A stretch of DNA of 64,000 bases from NCBI GenBank assembly GCA_951406725.2, contig OX597827.1:45880001-45944000 (forward strand). Direction: 5' to 3'. This DNA comes from Octopus vulgaris. Taxonomy: Eukaryota. The number at the start of each line of letters is the position of its first letter. The first letter of the stretch is position 1. Shown here in pieces: positions 1-12,146 of this stretch. Position numbers and translations under genes: made by a program. The notes under the pieces are model-generated. The model searched no databases, was not told the origin of the DNA, and saw only the letters and a list, made by a program, of their open reading frames with translations.

Positions 1-83
1 TTGCTTTTGATTCCATGTTTGTTCATTGGAAGCTGATAATAATAACAACAACAAAAAGTATTCTGAGATACACTATGCCTAAT

Positions 84-362
84 AAGGACATGATAGTCAC
101 AGCTGGATTGTTTTTGATCATGGCTCTACAGGTTTGTCTGATTGGAGCTGATCTACAACTAAACAACGAAATCAGCAAAGAAGGGGCACGATAGATGATG
201 TAGTCCAAGATACACTAGGTCAGAAAAAGAAGACATGATTGTCACAGCTGGATTGCTATTGATTACGGCTCTGCTGATCTGTTTGATTGGAGCTGACCTA
301 CATCTAAACAACAAAGTCAGCAAAGAAGGGACATGATAGATGATGTAGTCCTAGGTACACAA
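84..362. repeat. Tandem duplication (~147-bp period) of an old interspersed repeat
   Basis: 'gacatgat(a/t)gtcacagctggattg...ctgattggagctga...aaagaaggg...gatagatgatgtagtcc...tacac' occurs at ~87-215 and ~232-362; related degenerate copies at ~1830-2340, ~27650-27830, ~40570-40745. Confidence 0.6.
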
Positions 363-2399
363 TGTCAATGAAGACGGGATATAAAACGACACTATGTGAA
401 AGGCAGCTAGAATGCTTTCAATTATTTGTCTGCTTTACCAGGGCTGACTTGAGTCTAAAAAAACAACAACAACATCACCACCACCACCACCACCACTGCT
501 GCCGCCTCCACCACCATCACCTGCATGTGTTGCATGTTCAACAGATAAATACTTATGTATCAATCCATTCAACCCAACATCATGCAGAAGTAAGCAGCAG
601 CTGTGTCGCCACCAATACCACCACCAATGCCATCATGTCTTAACCACACAGCCATACCTGCACCTGGTTGCTATTTCTGGCAAAATTAAGAGATCATGTT
701 GTAGAGCCACTGGTGGTGGTGGCGGCAGTCATGGATCCAGCTGTGATGTTCATCTATACTGTTGAAATCTAAGCACTTTGATCACAGATATTCCAGCTGA
801 GCCCAATCCTTCTTTTATTCAGTCATATTGTATCCGAAACAACATTTTCCAATATAGTCTGCTTTTTTGATTTCGTGGAGACAGTAGAGATCAAATGAAA
901 TAAATTACAGGTGCACTTATAAATATATAAACCTGTTTCAAAGTCTTTTTTACTTGCTGGGTCTGAAGGAAGGGACAGTGCCCTCTGGCCTTCACAGGCT
1001 TTCCTAGACTCTTAAGATTGACATTATCAATGTTCCTCTTAAACCTTTGCAAGACAATGCCTGTCACAAATAAAACACAGGTAGGAAAGAAATTCCTGAG
1101 GGACTTTCCCAGGTACCTTGGCAACTCCTTCCCTGTTCATATTTTGCCAGCAGGTGTTAAATTAAAAAGAGTTGAAGAGCGGAGAGATAAGAGGGCCAGC
1201 ATGAGTACAGACAGATTCAAGGTGTAGAAACCATTATGGTAGTGCTACAAAAAGGAGAGAGAGCACAACTATGTTAATGAGTTGGTTCGCCTTTCTCTAG
1301 ATATATTAGCCCTACAAATACAAAAAAAGCAGAGAAAAGCTAGCACACCTATGTAGGGCCAGAGGCTGGAGTATGAGTGTGAGTGACTTTATGCTAGTCA
1401 ATTGGTTGGCCCTTCTCTAGAGATAGTAACACTACAAAATAGAAAAAAAAAGAGCAGAGAGAAGAGACAGCACACTTATGCATGGGACAGAAGTTGGAGC
1501 AGCACGTCTGTACTAATCAGTTGTGTGGCCCTTCTCTTGAGGCAGTCTAGATTGTCCAAAAATACAAAAATCTATTACTTACCTCGTTTTATTAATAGTA
1601 ATTTCTGTGCAACAAAATTATGGACAACACATTTTTCAAGATGCTCACACATTAGTATTGATTTTTTAAAAAAGCCTTAAGTTATATTTTTAAAAATCTG
1701 CAGCATGCTATTTCTGAGCTATTCTGCAGAAGTGTGATATCAGAAATATTTGGCTGCTACTTCTAATGGATCAAGTGTCCATGTGCAGGCTTCTCATCAA
1801 CTCACCATATTGTTGTGTTGTTGTCATTTAGTTCCAGGTCAGACACGGTTGGGCAGGCCTATGATCAAAGCTGTTCCAGTTGCAACCATGCTCCCTATTG
1901 TCAAAAGTGTCTTCCCTTTTTAAACAGTAGCATGTGATTCTAGGAAAATTTGGCTGCCATATCTTGCAGACTGAGCAACCATGTAAGAGCTCTCTCATAG
2001 ACTGTAACAGGTAAGTTAGTGGAGGTAGGCCGAAAGGTGGTCATAAGAGCAAGAACAGGGAATCTAAGATGACATAGTTGGAATTAAACCAATGGTGATG
2101 ATGAGGGTGATAGAGGCAATGGTGGTTTCTGTGATTATTGATGCTGTTAAACCCAGGTCAGCCACATTGGAACAGACCTCTGATCAAAAGCATTCCAGCT
2201 GTGATGATCCCACCGTTTCCCCTATGAGCAGCAAATGCAAGATCAGATTATCCAACATCCCCCGACCCTCTTTTTAAAGACAGTAAGATGTGATTTTTTT
2301 TTAAGGAGATTTGGCTGCTATTTCCAGGAAACAGAACCACCACATAAAGGCTATTTTGCTGGCTCATGATGGTCTGTGCTCCACCTAAAGCAATGATGC

Positions 2400-3490
2400 T
2401 ATTGTATTGATGACAATAGTAGTGATGACATTACACTAATGACAGTGTGATGGTGGTGGTACTGGTGGTAGTGGTGTGGTGTTCACAAGCACAGCACAGT
2501 GGTAGTACATGTAGTAAATACATAAACTAGTAGTAGTAGCAGCAGCAGTGGTGGTAGTAGTAGTAGTAGTAATAGCAGTAGTGGTGGTGGTGGCAGTGAC
2601 AACAGTAGTAGTAGTACTTGTAGACGTAGTAGTAGTGGTGGTGGTGGTGGTGGTAGTAGTAGTAGCAGTAATAGTAGTGTGCTGGAGAATGTGGTGTTGG
2701 TGAATGTATCATGGTGGTGTTAGTGGTGACACTGGTGAGCATAGCATAGTGGCGATGGTGGTAGTACATGTAACACACCACACAGTGGTGGTGTTAATTT
2801 TGCATTAATAGTGGTGATGGTAGAGACAGTATTGTAGTGTTGTTGGCATAGTGTTGGCAGTTGTATCAGAGTGGTGACAACGATGATGGCGATTGTAGTA
2901 CGGGCATAGCAGTGATGACAGTAGTATCAGAACATATTGTTAGTGGTAGTGGTGGTGGTGATAGTGGTATTATTGTACCAATGTTGGTGTGGTGTTGGTG
3001 GTGACAACATCGGTATTGGTGACAGTGGTAGTGGTGTTCATATTTGATAGTGATAGTGGTGATAGTGAAAGCAGTGGTAACGGTGGTGGTAGTAGTGGTG
3101 GTGATGACAGTGGTGATCATGATGGTGAAGGTGGTGGTAGCAGTGGTAAGGTGGCAATGGTGTTGGTGGTAGTGGTGATTGTGCCGGTGATAGTGGTGGT
3201 GATGATTAGGATGAAGGTAGTGGTGATTGCAGTAGTGGTGATGATGGGAGGGGGAGGGGAGTGCCGAAGAGAGGTCTGTGGGTGGGGAGAGGGCGAGCAC
3301 AATAGAGAGACTGAGATGGTAACATTACAGTATCATTCACAGCGTAGTGGTTGTTGCACGTCACGGATGGTAGCGGTGTTGTCGGAGACCAGTGGAGGTG
3401 TTAGCCGGAACGTGAAGGTGGGGGTGGAGGAGATTGGGTAGGGGCGTGAATGGAAGGTGGTGGCGATGGTGGTGGCGGTGGCGGTGGTGG
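2400..3490. repeat. Low-complexity (GGT/GTA/GAT)n compound microsatellite
   Basis: Runs of ggtggt, gtagta, gatggt; source of the His/Val/Thr-rich ORF artefacts. Confidence 0.9.
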
Positions 3491-3929
3491 TTGTATGGCG
3501 TTACTATAGTCGCCATACTTTCAGCTTTACAGACATGAAAGGAAGTTATCCTTAACAAATCACTTAATTGGCAATTTTCGAAAAGAGGGTTGTGGTGGTG
3601 GTCGGGAGGGAGGATGGGGGATAACTGTTGGAGGTGGGGGGGAGGTGAACGATGGAGGGAGAAGTGGGAGGAGGATAAGAAGAATGGGGGGGAGGAAAAG
3701 AGGAAGATGAAGAAGAAGAAGAAAAAAGAAAGCAAAAATCAATTTTCATTGGTTGATCGGCTGGTCGGTCGGTCGGTTGGTCAGGTAGGTAGGTAGGTAA
3801 GATGGATGGAATTTCAAGTCGCAGTTGTTTTGTTTTTGCTCTTAATAATTCTGAACTCTGATGTGCAGCATTGATGACGGCAAGAAATTACTCAACCACA
3901 CATTGTTTACAGAAAATAATAGTAACAAC

Positions 3930-3965
<36 letters not shown>

Positions 3966-3984
3966 GATGATGATGATGATTGTT

Positions 3985-4185
3985 TTCAAATTTTGGTACA
4001 AAACCAGCAACTTTAGTGGGGGATAGGGGATCAGTTGATTACAACTGATACTGGTTCTTGACTGCTGCCTTAATTTTTCATTTTTGACCTCAGCAGGATT
4101 CGAACTCAGAAATATAAAGAGTTGGAAGAAATGCTACAGTAGCAATTTGTTCAACACACCAATGATTCTGTCAGCTCGTCGTCTT
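3985..4185 (-). mobile_element. tRNA-derived SINE, family A (degenerate)
   Basis: Reverse complement has 'gagctgacagaatc...ttctgagttcgaatcc' (A/B-box-like head) and the family-A tail beside an (AAT)n/(GAT)n run. Confidence 0.65.
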
Positions 4186-4192
4186 AGTAACA

Positions 4193-4560
4193 ACAAGAGC
4201 ACTCAGAGAGTGCAAACCTCCACCAAGGCGACACCAACGTCCTCTCAATGATTAGCTGGAAATGATTTTTAAATTGAGAATAATTGAAATAAACTCGACT
4301 GCTCTCATAAATGAGAATACTAAAAATGAACCCAACCACTCTCAAAAATTAAGTGAAAAAAAAAATAGAAAAATAATCCAGAATCCTTGCCTGGTACCAG
4401 ATTGATCCCAAAATCTAATCAGTTCATGCCAGTCACAAGACCAAACATCCCTGAAAGTATCATCTGAATCTATCCAGCTGTTCTTGAGATATCTTGTCCA
4501 TGGACAAACAAACAAACACCACTGAAAACAATTCCTCCACCTTTGCTAAGGTGGAGGTAA
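4193..4560. mobile_element. Non-autonomous Helentron-type (HINE/DINE-1-like) element
   Basis: Starts 'acaagagcactcagagagtgcaaacctccaccaagg'; ends in hairpin 'cctccacctt tgct aaggtggagg' whose right arm is complementary to the subterminal 'acctccacc'; internal (CAAA)n. This is the usual subTIR plus 3' stem-loop layout. Confidence 0.65.
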
Positions 4561-4602
4561 CAACAACAATAATAATGATGATAACAATAATAATAATAAT
4601 AA

Positions 4603-4816
4603 TCCTTTTTAATATAGGCACAAAGCCTGAAATTTGTGGGGAGAGGGACAGTTGATTACATCTACCCCAGTGCTCAAAAGCTACTTATTTCATTGACCCC
4701 CAAAAGGGTGACAGACAAAGTTGACCTTGGCAGAATTTGAACTCAGAACGTAAAGATGGCTGAAATATCACTAAGCATCTCACTTGGTATGCTAACAATT
4801 CTGCTAACTCACCCTC

Positions 4817-4865
<49 letters not shown>

Positions 4866-5034
4866 TGGTTTCAAATTTTGCCACAAGGGCAGCAATTTTG
4901 GGGGAGGGGATGAGTCGATTACATTGACCCCAGTGTTTAAGTGGTACTAAATTTATCAACCCTGAAAGAATGAAAGGTAAAGTTGATCTCGGCGAAATTT
5001 GAACAGAGAACGTTTTAACAGGCGAAATACCGCT
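4603..5034 (-). mobile_element. Two family-A SINE copies separated by (AAT)n
   Basis: 'aaagttgaccttggcagaatttgaactcagaacgt' and 'aagttgatctcggcgaaatttgaacagagaacgt' match the reverse complement of the family-A consensus. Confidence 0.8.
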
Positions 5035-5645
5035 ATTCGAGCATGGTCGATGCCAGTGCCACCTGATTGGCTCCCATGCTGGTGCCATGTAAAAATCAGC
5101 ATTTGAGCGTGGTCGATGCCAGTGCCACCTGATTGACTCCTGTGCCAGTACCATATAAAAACAGCATTCAAGCATGATTGTTACCAATGCTGCCTGACTG
5201 GCACCTGAGCCGGTGACATGTGAAATGCACCATTCAAGAGTGGTCAATGCCAGTACCACCTGACTGGCTCCTGTGCCTGTGGCATGTAAAAAGCGTCATT
5301 CAAGCATGGTCGATGCCAGTGCTACATGACTGGCTCCCATGCTGGTGGAATGTAAAAGCAGCATCCGAGCGTGGTCATTGCCACTTCCGCCTGACTGGCT
5401 CCAGTGTTGGTGGCATGTAAAAAGCACCATTCAAGTATGGTCAATGCCAGTACCGCCTGACTGGCCTCCATACCAGTGGCACATAAAAAGCACCCATTAC
5501 ACTCTTGGAGTGGTTTGCATTAGGAAGAGCATCCAGCTGTAGAAACTTTGCCAGATCAAGATTGGAGCCTGGTACAGCCTTCTGGTTTGCCAGTCCCAGT
5601 CAAACTGTCCAATCCATGCCAGCATGGAAAACAGACATTAAACAA
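5035..5645 (+). mobile_element. RTE-LINE 3' UTR fragment with a 7-unit, 65-66-bp tandem array
   Basis: Units start at 5035, 5101, 5166, 5232, 5298, 5363, 5429; followed by 'ggaagagcatccagctgtagaaactttgccagat...ccatgccagcatggaaaacagacattaaac', the reverse complement of the 3' UTR of the RTE at 47161-47877. Confidence 0.85.
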
Positions 5646-7060
5646 AGGCCTGTGACCAAATATCACTACTTTAGGGCTGTAGAGAAGCTCCAGTAGAGTA
5701 GACCAGTGGTTCTTGCATAGGGTCAACATGATACTTTGCGATTCATATAAAGTTTTGATGTTCAGATTTATCTGCAATAAACTGGTTATATTTCTATAAT
5801 ACCCAAAATATTTAAACAATTTTCTTTTACACAATTCCTTATAATACTTAATTATAAAAATAGGATAGGATTTTTTAAACATTGGATGGCTAGGAGGGTC
5901 CACCTGAGTAAAATAGGAATGAAACAGGCCCATAGGTAAAAAAAAAATGACGTAAATAACAGGCTGATAATGGTGATGATGATGATGATGATGATTGATG
6001 ATGAAGATGATGATGAAAAAGAAGCTATGATGGTGACAGTGATGACAACAAACTTTCATCTAGATACAGAAATAATCAAACATTTAACAACTCTGCATCA
6101 CAAAAATTATCACAGGACAGTTTAAAAAGTTGTTTATTTTAACAACCATTGGCTTGCCAAAAAAAAAAAAAAACACACACACACACACACAAAACAAAAA
6201 AACTCAAAGAAATAAAATAAACAAATAAATAAATGAACAAAAAAAAAAGACCTCCTTCCTCCTGAGACATTCTGGAACATGAGGAGAGCCACAGCAATGA
6301 ATCAATTATGTGAAGTAGCATCATAAAAGATTAGGTTAGAATTTCCAACAGCACACAGCAGAAATCTAAAATCCAAAGAAATGGAACGGCGGCAGCCGCT
6401 GCTGAAACACTAATGCTAAAATAGACATCATACACTAGATGAATGGTAAATTTTATGACAACAATAATGAAGAACCAGCCATAGCTAATGTTTTGGTGGA
6501 AAGAGGGAGCTACATAACACTGGTGGTGTTGTGTTTTGTGTTTTAAAATTTTCGTTATATCGTGTTTGAAGTAGAAAATAAAACAAAACAGCAAAAAAAA
6601 AAAAAAATGAAAAATTGTCAAATTTTGGAAGCGACATCTGTCAAAGAAAAAGAAAGAAAAGAAAAAAAAAAACCCAAAGCCTTCAAAACAAAATACTGAT
6701 AAATAATATTTTAATATGATTGATAAATATCGAAGCATGCGGACAGTTTCCAGCATGACAAGTATCAGATTCTCACAGAATGTGCTACATTAACACTCCA
6801 AAGCCTGCTTTCTGTTTCTTCCTCCCCCTCCTCCTCCTTGCCATTCCACACCAGAAAATAAAGAATAAAGTTAGATAATGCATCAAAGACATTTCATATA
6901 AGCTTGCATATCTAATTTCACTGAGTTCATGTTTTTACTTGACAAAAACATGATGGGAGTACAGGAGTATTCTAATGTTTAAAAAATGACAGGAGTATTC
7001 TAATGCTAGATAAATAACAGGAGGGTTTTGATGCTAGGTTATAAGAGTATTTTGATGCCT

Positions 7061-7296
7061 GTCGGCGAGCTGGCAGAGACGTTAGCACGCCGGGCGAAAT
7101 GCGTAGCCGTATTTCGTCTGCCGTTACGTTCTGGGTTCAAATTCCGCCGAGGTCGACTTTGCCTTTCATCCTTTCGGGATAAATAAATTAAAGTACCAGT
7201 TACCTACTGGGGTCGATGTAATCGACTTAATCCATTTGTCTGTCCTTGTTTGACCCCCCCCTCTGTGTTTAGCCCCTTGTGGGTAGTAAAGAAATA
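7061..7296 (+). mobile_element. Full-length family-A tRNA-derived SINE with TSD
   Basis: Head 'ggcgagctggcagagacgttagc...gggttcaaattcc', body 'gcctttcatcctttcggg...aagtaccag'; flanked by direct repeat TATTTTGATGC (7048-7058 / 7297-7307). Confidence 0.9.
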
Positions 7297-7830
7297 TATT
7301 TTGATGCTTGTCTATTTGAATATATAAGCAAAGGAGGAACAGAAATCTCCCATCAGCTTGGCTATCGGACTAAAATTATATTGACTTTAAGAACCACTTT
7401 CACCATTCCAATTGGTACACAGAGTGGGTGAAGGAATGAGTGATTGAGTAAATGAAAGAATGAGCAAGTGGATTAGTCAATGGGTGAATGAGTGAGTGGA
7501 TCAGCCAATGAGTGAGGAGTGAGAGTGATTGAATGAATAGGTCGGTGTAGATATGGCTGTGTGGCTAAGAAGTTGGCTTCCAAAATATGTGACTCTTAGG
7601 TTCAGTCCCACCTTGGGCAAGGCTCTTTTACTATAGAACCAAGAACTTGTAAGTGGATCTGGTAAACGGAAACTGAAAGAAGCCTGTCATGTGTGTGTGT
7701 GAAGGTATTCACTATACATTCATGTATATATAAAATCATATCACTTTGGAGAGGTCATGGAGTGGAGTTTCATATAATAATGATATATTTGTACATGCGT
7801 AAAAAAAAAGACGTGTGCATGTGTGTGTGT

Positions 7831-8150
7831 CATCATCATCATCGTTTAACGTTCGCTTTCCATGCTAGCATGGGTTGGACAATTTGACTGAGTACTGGCA
7901 AACCAGATGGCTGCACCAGGCTCCAATCTGATCTGGCAGAGTTTCTACAGCTGGATGCCCTTCCTAACGCCAACCACTCCGAGAGTGTAGTGGGTGCCAC
8001 TGGCACAAGGGCCAGTCAGGCAGTATTGGCAACAGCCATGCTCAACTGGTGTTTTTTACGTGCTACCTGCACTGGCAACGATCTCGCTCGAAGGAATTTT
8101 TTCATGTGCCACCAGCACAAGTGCCAGTAATGCGACGCTGGTAATGATCA
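7831..8150 (-). mobile_element. RTE-LINE 3' end fragment with (GAT)n tail
   Basis: 'catcatcatcatcgtttaacgttcgctttccatgctagcatgggttggac...' matches 47161 onward. Confidence 0.85.
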
Positions 8151-8984
8151 TACACGAATGGTGTGTGCATATATATATATACACCTACATTATATATGGT
8201 ATCTGAATGTATTGTGTTACTATGAATGTATGCATATCTTGTGTATGTATGTGTGTGTGTAAATAAACATGCATATGTATAAAAATACACACACAACTAT
8301 ATCTATATATAAAATGTATGTGAATGTATTTTGCATGTATGTGTGTGCACGTGTGTGTATGTGTATGCAGTTAGGGGTATGTTTGCACAGTCGTAAGAAT
8401 GAATTACCGTAATTCTGTAATAACAAGAGTAAGCATCCCTGACAACAGTAACTAATATATCATGCACAAATATAACAAGCAACAACAAATGCTAGCCAGC
8501 ACAAACTAAAACCTCGTTATCTTGATTAAATAATGAGCCACAACTAATTTCATTGATTTCACTCCAACAAAGCCACAAAGATGAAAATCTATACTGAATA
8601 CTCACAAAGATGAGAATGACAATGATGATGTTAACAATAACAATAATAATTCTTTCTAATTTTGGCACAAGGCCATTAAAGGGAAGTGGGGGATGCAAGT
8701 TGATTACATCGACCCCTAGTGTCTGACTGGTATTTTATTTCATCAACCCACACTGTCAAGAGGATGAAAAATGAAGCCAGCGGTATGCTGAACAATAGCC
8801 AGCTGCTGAAGCGTAAAAGAAAAAAAAAATCCTTTCACCGCCCACCACCCACCCCTAGCAACTATTTACATTCTACAGGTCACAGGTAGATCCGACAATG
8901 TAGTGGTGTTCCAACGTCTTGGATGGTAATGCTGCTTCACGCCAGCATGTTAGACTACATCCGTCTCATCTCATTTTCTTCACT

Positions 8985-9220
8985 CATTTAATCCTGTAAG
9001 GGTTGTAGGGGTAGAGTCTTCAAACATGCTTTCCATCAGGCCCTGTTAGAAGCAACTGCCTCTAACTGATCCAGTTGGATCCCATAAGTGAGACTAACTG
9101 AGCTCATGGATGTTATTTGATCATCTTGCTTGTGGCTTACCCTTCGGTTTCCTGCTGCTTGGTTTTTGTCCTTAAAACCTATCTAGTGATTCTTTCCTGG
9201 TGACATCAACAGTATTAAAG
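8985..9220 (-). mobile_element. Degenerate RTE-type LINE C-terminal fragment
   Basis: Reverse translation gives 'RKPKGKPQAR*SNNIHEL', resembling the GRP..RW.D motif at the end of RTE ORF2; contains stops. Confidence 0.4.
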
Positions 9221-10099
9221 CTGTGATCAGATATCCATAGTATCAGAGCTGTGATCTCCCAATTCGGAGAAGTAGTGGCTCCCTTATCTCTGAGCTATGC
9301 ACCCTATTGAGTAACATTACTCCAAAGACCCATCGGAGGGGATCTAAAAAATAAAAGCCACCCAAGCTGATTGGCACGAAATCACTCGCCAACATGCCTC
9401 AGCCTCTTATGAACAGATGTGCTATGTCCTCTCCCTGCCTTTTGTACTGCTACTGCAGTGGTCTTTGCTCCATAGAACAAATTGGTTGAATACCACTTCT
9501 GCTCAGGTACTTTGCAGTCACCTGTCATTCCTCTTCTCATCACTTCAACCATCGTCAATAATGCCTCATCACCAACACCATGCTTCAAATGAACCAATAT
9601 CATAGTCCTACCACAAAACATCATCTCTGTGGAATACCAGCTGTGCCCATGGTTTTACCTGCAGCTGTCAGCTTCTTTAAACTTATGGGATCATCATCAT
9701 CATCATTGTCTTGTGAGTTATTTTATCACTTCCCTTGAGTTGATGCAATTCTTTGAAGTGGTTGGCATTAGGAAGGATATTCAGCTGCAGAAATAATGCC
9801 AAAAGAGACATTAGATTACGATGCTTTTCTCCCACTCATTGGATCCTGTAGTGCCATCCAACCCTTACCAGCATGGAAGCCAGACATCAAATAATGATGA
9901 TGATAATGATGACTGTTAAGTACATTGATCTCACCAGTATTAAATGGTCAGCAAAGGCCACAGGCAAAGTCCAATTCTCCACATCAAAGTAACAGACAAT
10001 ATATATATTACATTAGTTACAAGATTCATTAGAATCTAGGTGCTTCAACATGTAGGATGCAGGATGTAGGACATATATAACAGGTGTGTGTGTGTAGAT

Positions 10100-10430
10100 T
10101 ATGGACCCCTTTTGGTTAAGAATGACCGTGGGATTGCAATTAGAAAGTTACCCCCCAAGGTACGAATCCAGGCAAGTTGTTTATGGAAGACCAGCAGTCA
10201 CCCATGCATACCAGCCTTCCCTTTCTATGCCACCGATGCTATCCAAGGGAAAGGCAAAGGGGCTGATACAACTTGGCACCAGTGACATTGCAAACCATTT
10301 TTACAGCTGAGTGAACTGGAGCAACATGAAATAAAGTGTATTGCTCAAGAACACAACACACAGCCCAGTCTAGGAACTGAACTCATTGCCTCATGATTGT
10401 GAGCGTGACACTCTAATCACTGAACTATAC
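10100..10430 (-). mobile_element. tRNA-derived SINE, family D
   Basis: tRNA-like head at the right end ('ggaactgaactca...gacactctaatcactga'); the same body recurs at 12425-12655. Confidence 0.75.
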
Positions 10431-10698
10431 ATGCATACATATATATATATATATAAAGAAAAAACTTACTTAGAAATGGATGCGTGCATTCCGTCATATA
10501 TTAACAAATTAATAAATAAAACATATGCATATATACATACATATATGTACGTACGTATATCTACATGCATATATGGGTACAGGACACCAAAAAAAAAAAC
10601 GTCGAACACAATGAGAAACGAAAACATAAACACAAAACCAAGGAAATGGATATTTTTCTTAAACAACGAAAAAACAGAGTACAGGACATACAACACAC

Positions 10699-10733
10699 GG
10701 AAAATCCCCCTTCTTCAGTCGCCTCTGTTTCAT
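10699..10733 (-). CDS. Candidate 35-nt micro-exon of the MGAT1-like gene (DETEATEEGGFS)
   Basis: Minus strand: T-rich tract ...cggagtag|ATGAAACAGAGGCGACTGAAGAAGGGGGATTTTCC|gtgtgt; accepts phase 1 from exon 10990-11107 and stays open. Confidence 0.35.
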
Positions 10734-10989
10734 CTACTCCGCGTTTCGAAGGTACACACACAAAGAAAAAAATGACAAGATTAAGAAACAAAACTGTTAA
10801 GCTTGTTCTTAGCAGATTCCAGACATCTTAAAGAGTTTGGTGTTCAGCAACTTCTTGTTCTCTATCTATCTCTCCCCATCCTCTCTTTCATTCAGTCCTT
10901 GCCCTCACCTCTCTCTCTCTCTCTCTCTCCAAATAAACAAACAACAAAGTGACAAAAATGAGAAACCAACAGGTCAAGCCATTCCTTAC

Positions 10990-11107
10990 CAGATGTTTTT
11001 CTGTATCTTTGGAGTTGCCTTAGTAATTTTTCGTTCTCGTTCATTTGTTGGTGGATGTCTTCCTCTATCTTTTTCAACCGGTCTCGTATGGTCTCTGGTG
11101 AATCCAT
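10990..11107 (-). CDS. MGAT1: Second coding exon: coiled-coil stem of a Golgi glycosyltransferase, probably alpha-1,3-mannosyl-glycoprotein 2-beta-GlcNAc transferase (GnT-I)
   Basis: Acceptor 'tctcccttgtcttctctttccattccaag|', donor 'TCTG|gtaagg'; reads MDSPETIRDRLKKIEEDIHQQMNENEKLLRQLQRYRKTS in phase 0, matching the upstream exon; amphipathic stem comparable to 'DPASLTREVIRLAQDAEVELERQRGLLQQI' of vertebrate MGAT1. Confidence 0.72.
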
Positions 11108-11286
11108 CTTGGAATGGAAAGAGAAGACAAGGGAGATCAGAAATCAACATCAAATGGACTCAACAGCAATGATGGTGATGTTACCTTAAGTTTAAAGAAA
11201 GGACAAAGAAAATATGAAATTCCTTTTATTAAAGAACACCTTTAGGTTCAGTTCTGTTGTTATAGCCTGGGTCCATCTGATGCCAA

Positions 11287-11615
11287 GTGAGTGAGCGAGT
11301 GAGGGAGAGTGGGAGAGTGAATGAGCAAGTGAGTGGGCGAGCGAGTGAATGAGAGGGAGAGTGAATGAGCAAGTGAGTGAGTGAGCGAGTGAGTGAGCTT
11401 GGGAGTGAGTGAGTGAGCGAGTGGGAGAGTGAGTGAGTGAGCTTGGAAGTGAGTGAGCGAGTGGGAGAGTGAGCGAGCGAGTGGGAGAGTGAATGAGCAA
11501 GTGAGTGAGTGAGGGAGTGAGTGGGGGATTGAGTGAGCAAGTGAGTGAGCGAGTGAGTGAGGGAGTGAGTGAGCGAGCGAGGGAGTGAGTGAGCGAGCGA
11601 GCGAGTGAATGAGTG
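11287..11615. repeat. (GAGT/GAGC)n compound tetranucleotide array
   Basis: Continuous gagtgagtgagcgagtggga units; explains the SLTH-repeat ORFs. Confidence 0.9.
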
Positions 11616-12146
11616 CATATGCATGCATGTGTTACTGTCACCTTGCACTGACACTGTGTAATAGTCATAAATGAGTGTAACCATCATACAGGCAACATCC
11701 TTCGATTTCCATAGGCAAGGGTCGGCAACAGAAAGGGCATCCAGCCATAGAAAATCTGCATCAACAAACTTTGTATAATCCATGCCAAGCATGGGAAAAG
11801 TGATGTTGAAACGGAGATTATGACGACAATGACACACAGAAAATAGCATAACTAAACACTGCACACACACGTTATATCAAGTACAATCAGTACAACAGAA
11901 AACACGAAACCAAAAATGTGCTCCGCAATGCAACAAATGTACACAATAAAATAAAGACAACTAAATAACAATAACAACAACTACAACAACAATGCCTTAT
12001 AAAGATTCAATATCACAGCAGAAAGGAAGCTGGGACAGGGTATTGCTTCTAAAAACAAAATTCCATTTTTTAAAATTATTTTTTATTTCTCCTGAAGCAT
12101 GTATCACAACGGGAGCTCCATGATGGTAATTGTAAAGGAAGCGAAA

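Noticed and set aside
2527-3796. His/Tyr/Val/Thr-rich ORFs
   Set aside because: Translations of trinucleotide microsatellites; no splice or domain support. The same applies to ORFs at 11192-11870, 21444-23570, 30025-30325, 45815-46132 and 50652-51068.
5035-5491. Regular array resembling CRISPR
   Set aside because: Units are homologous along their whole length with no unique spacers, there are no cas genes, and it lies within a eukaryotic LINE 3' UTR.
8830-8965. CR1/L2-like RT remnant
   Set aside because: Too short and degenerate to call with confidence.
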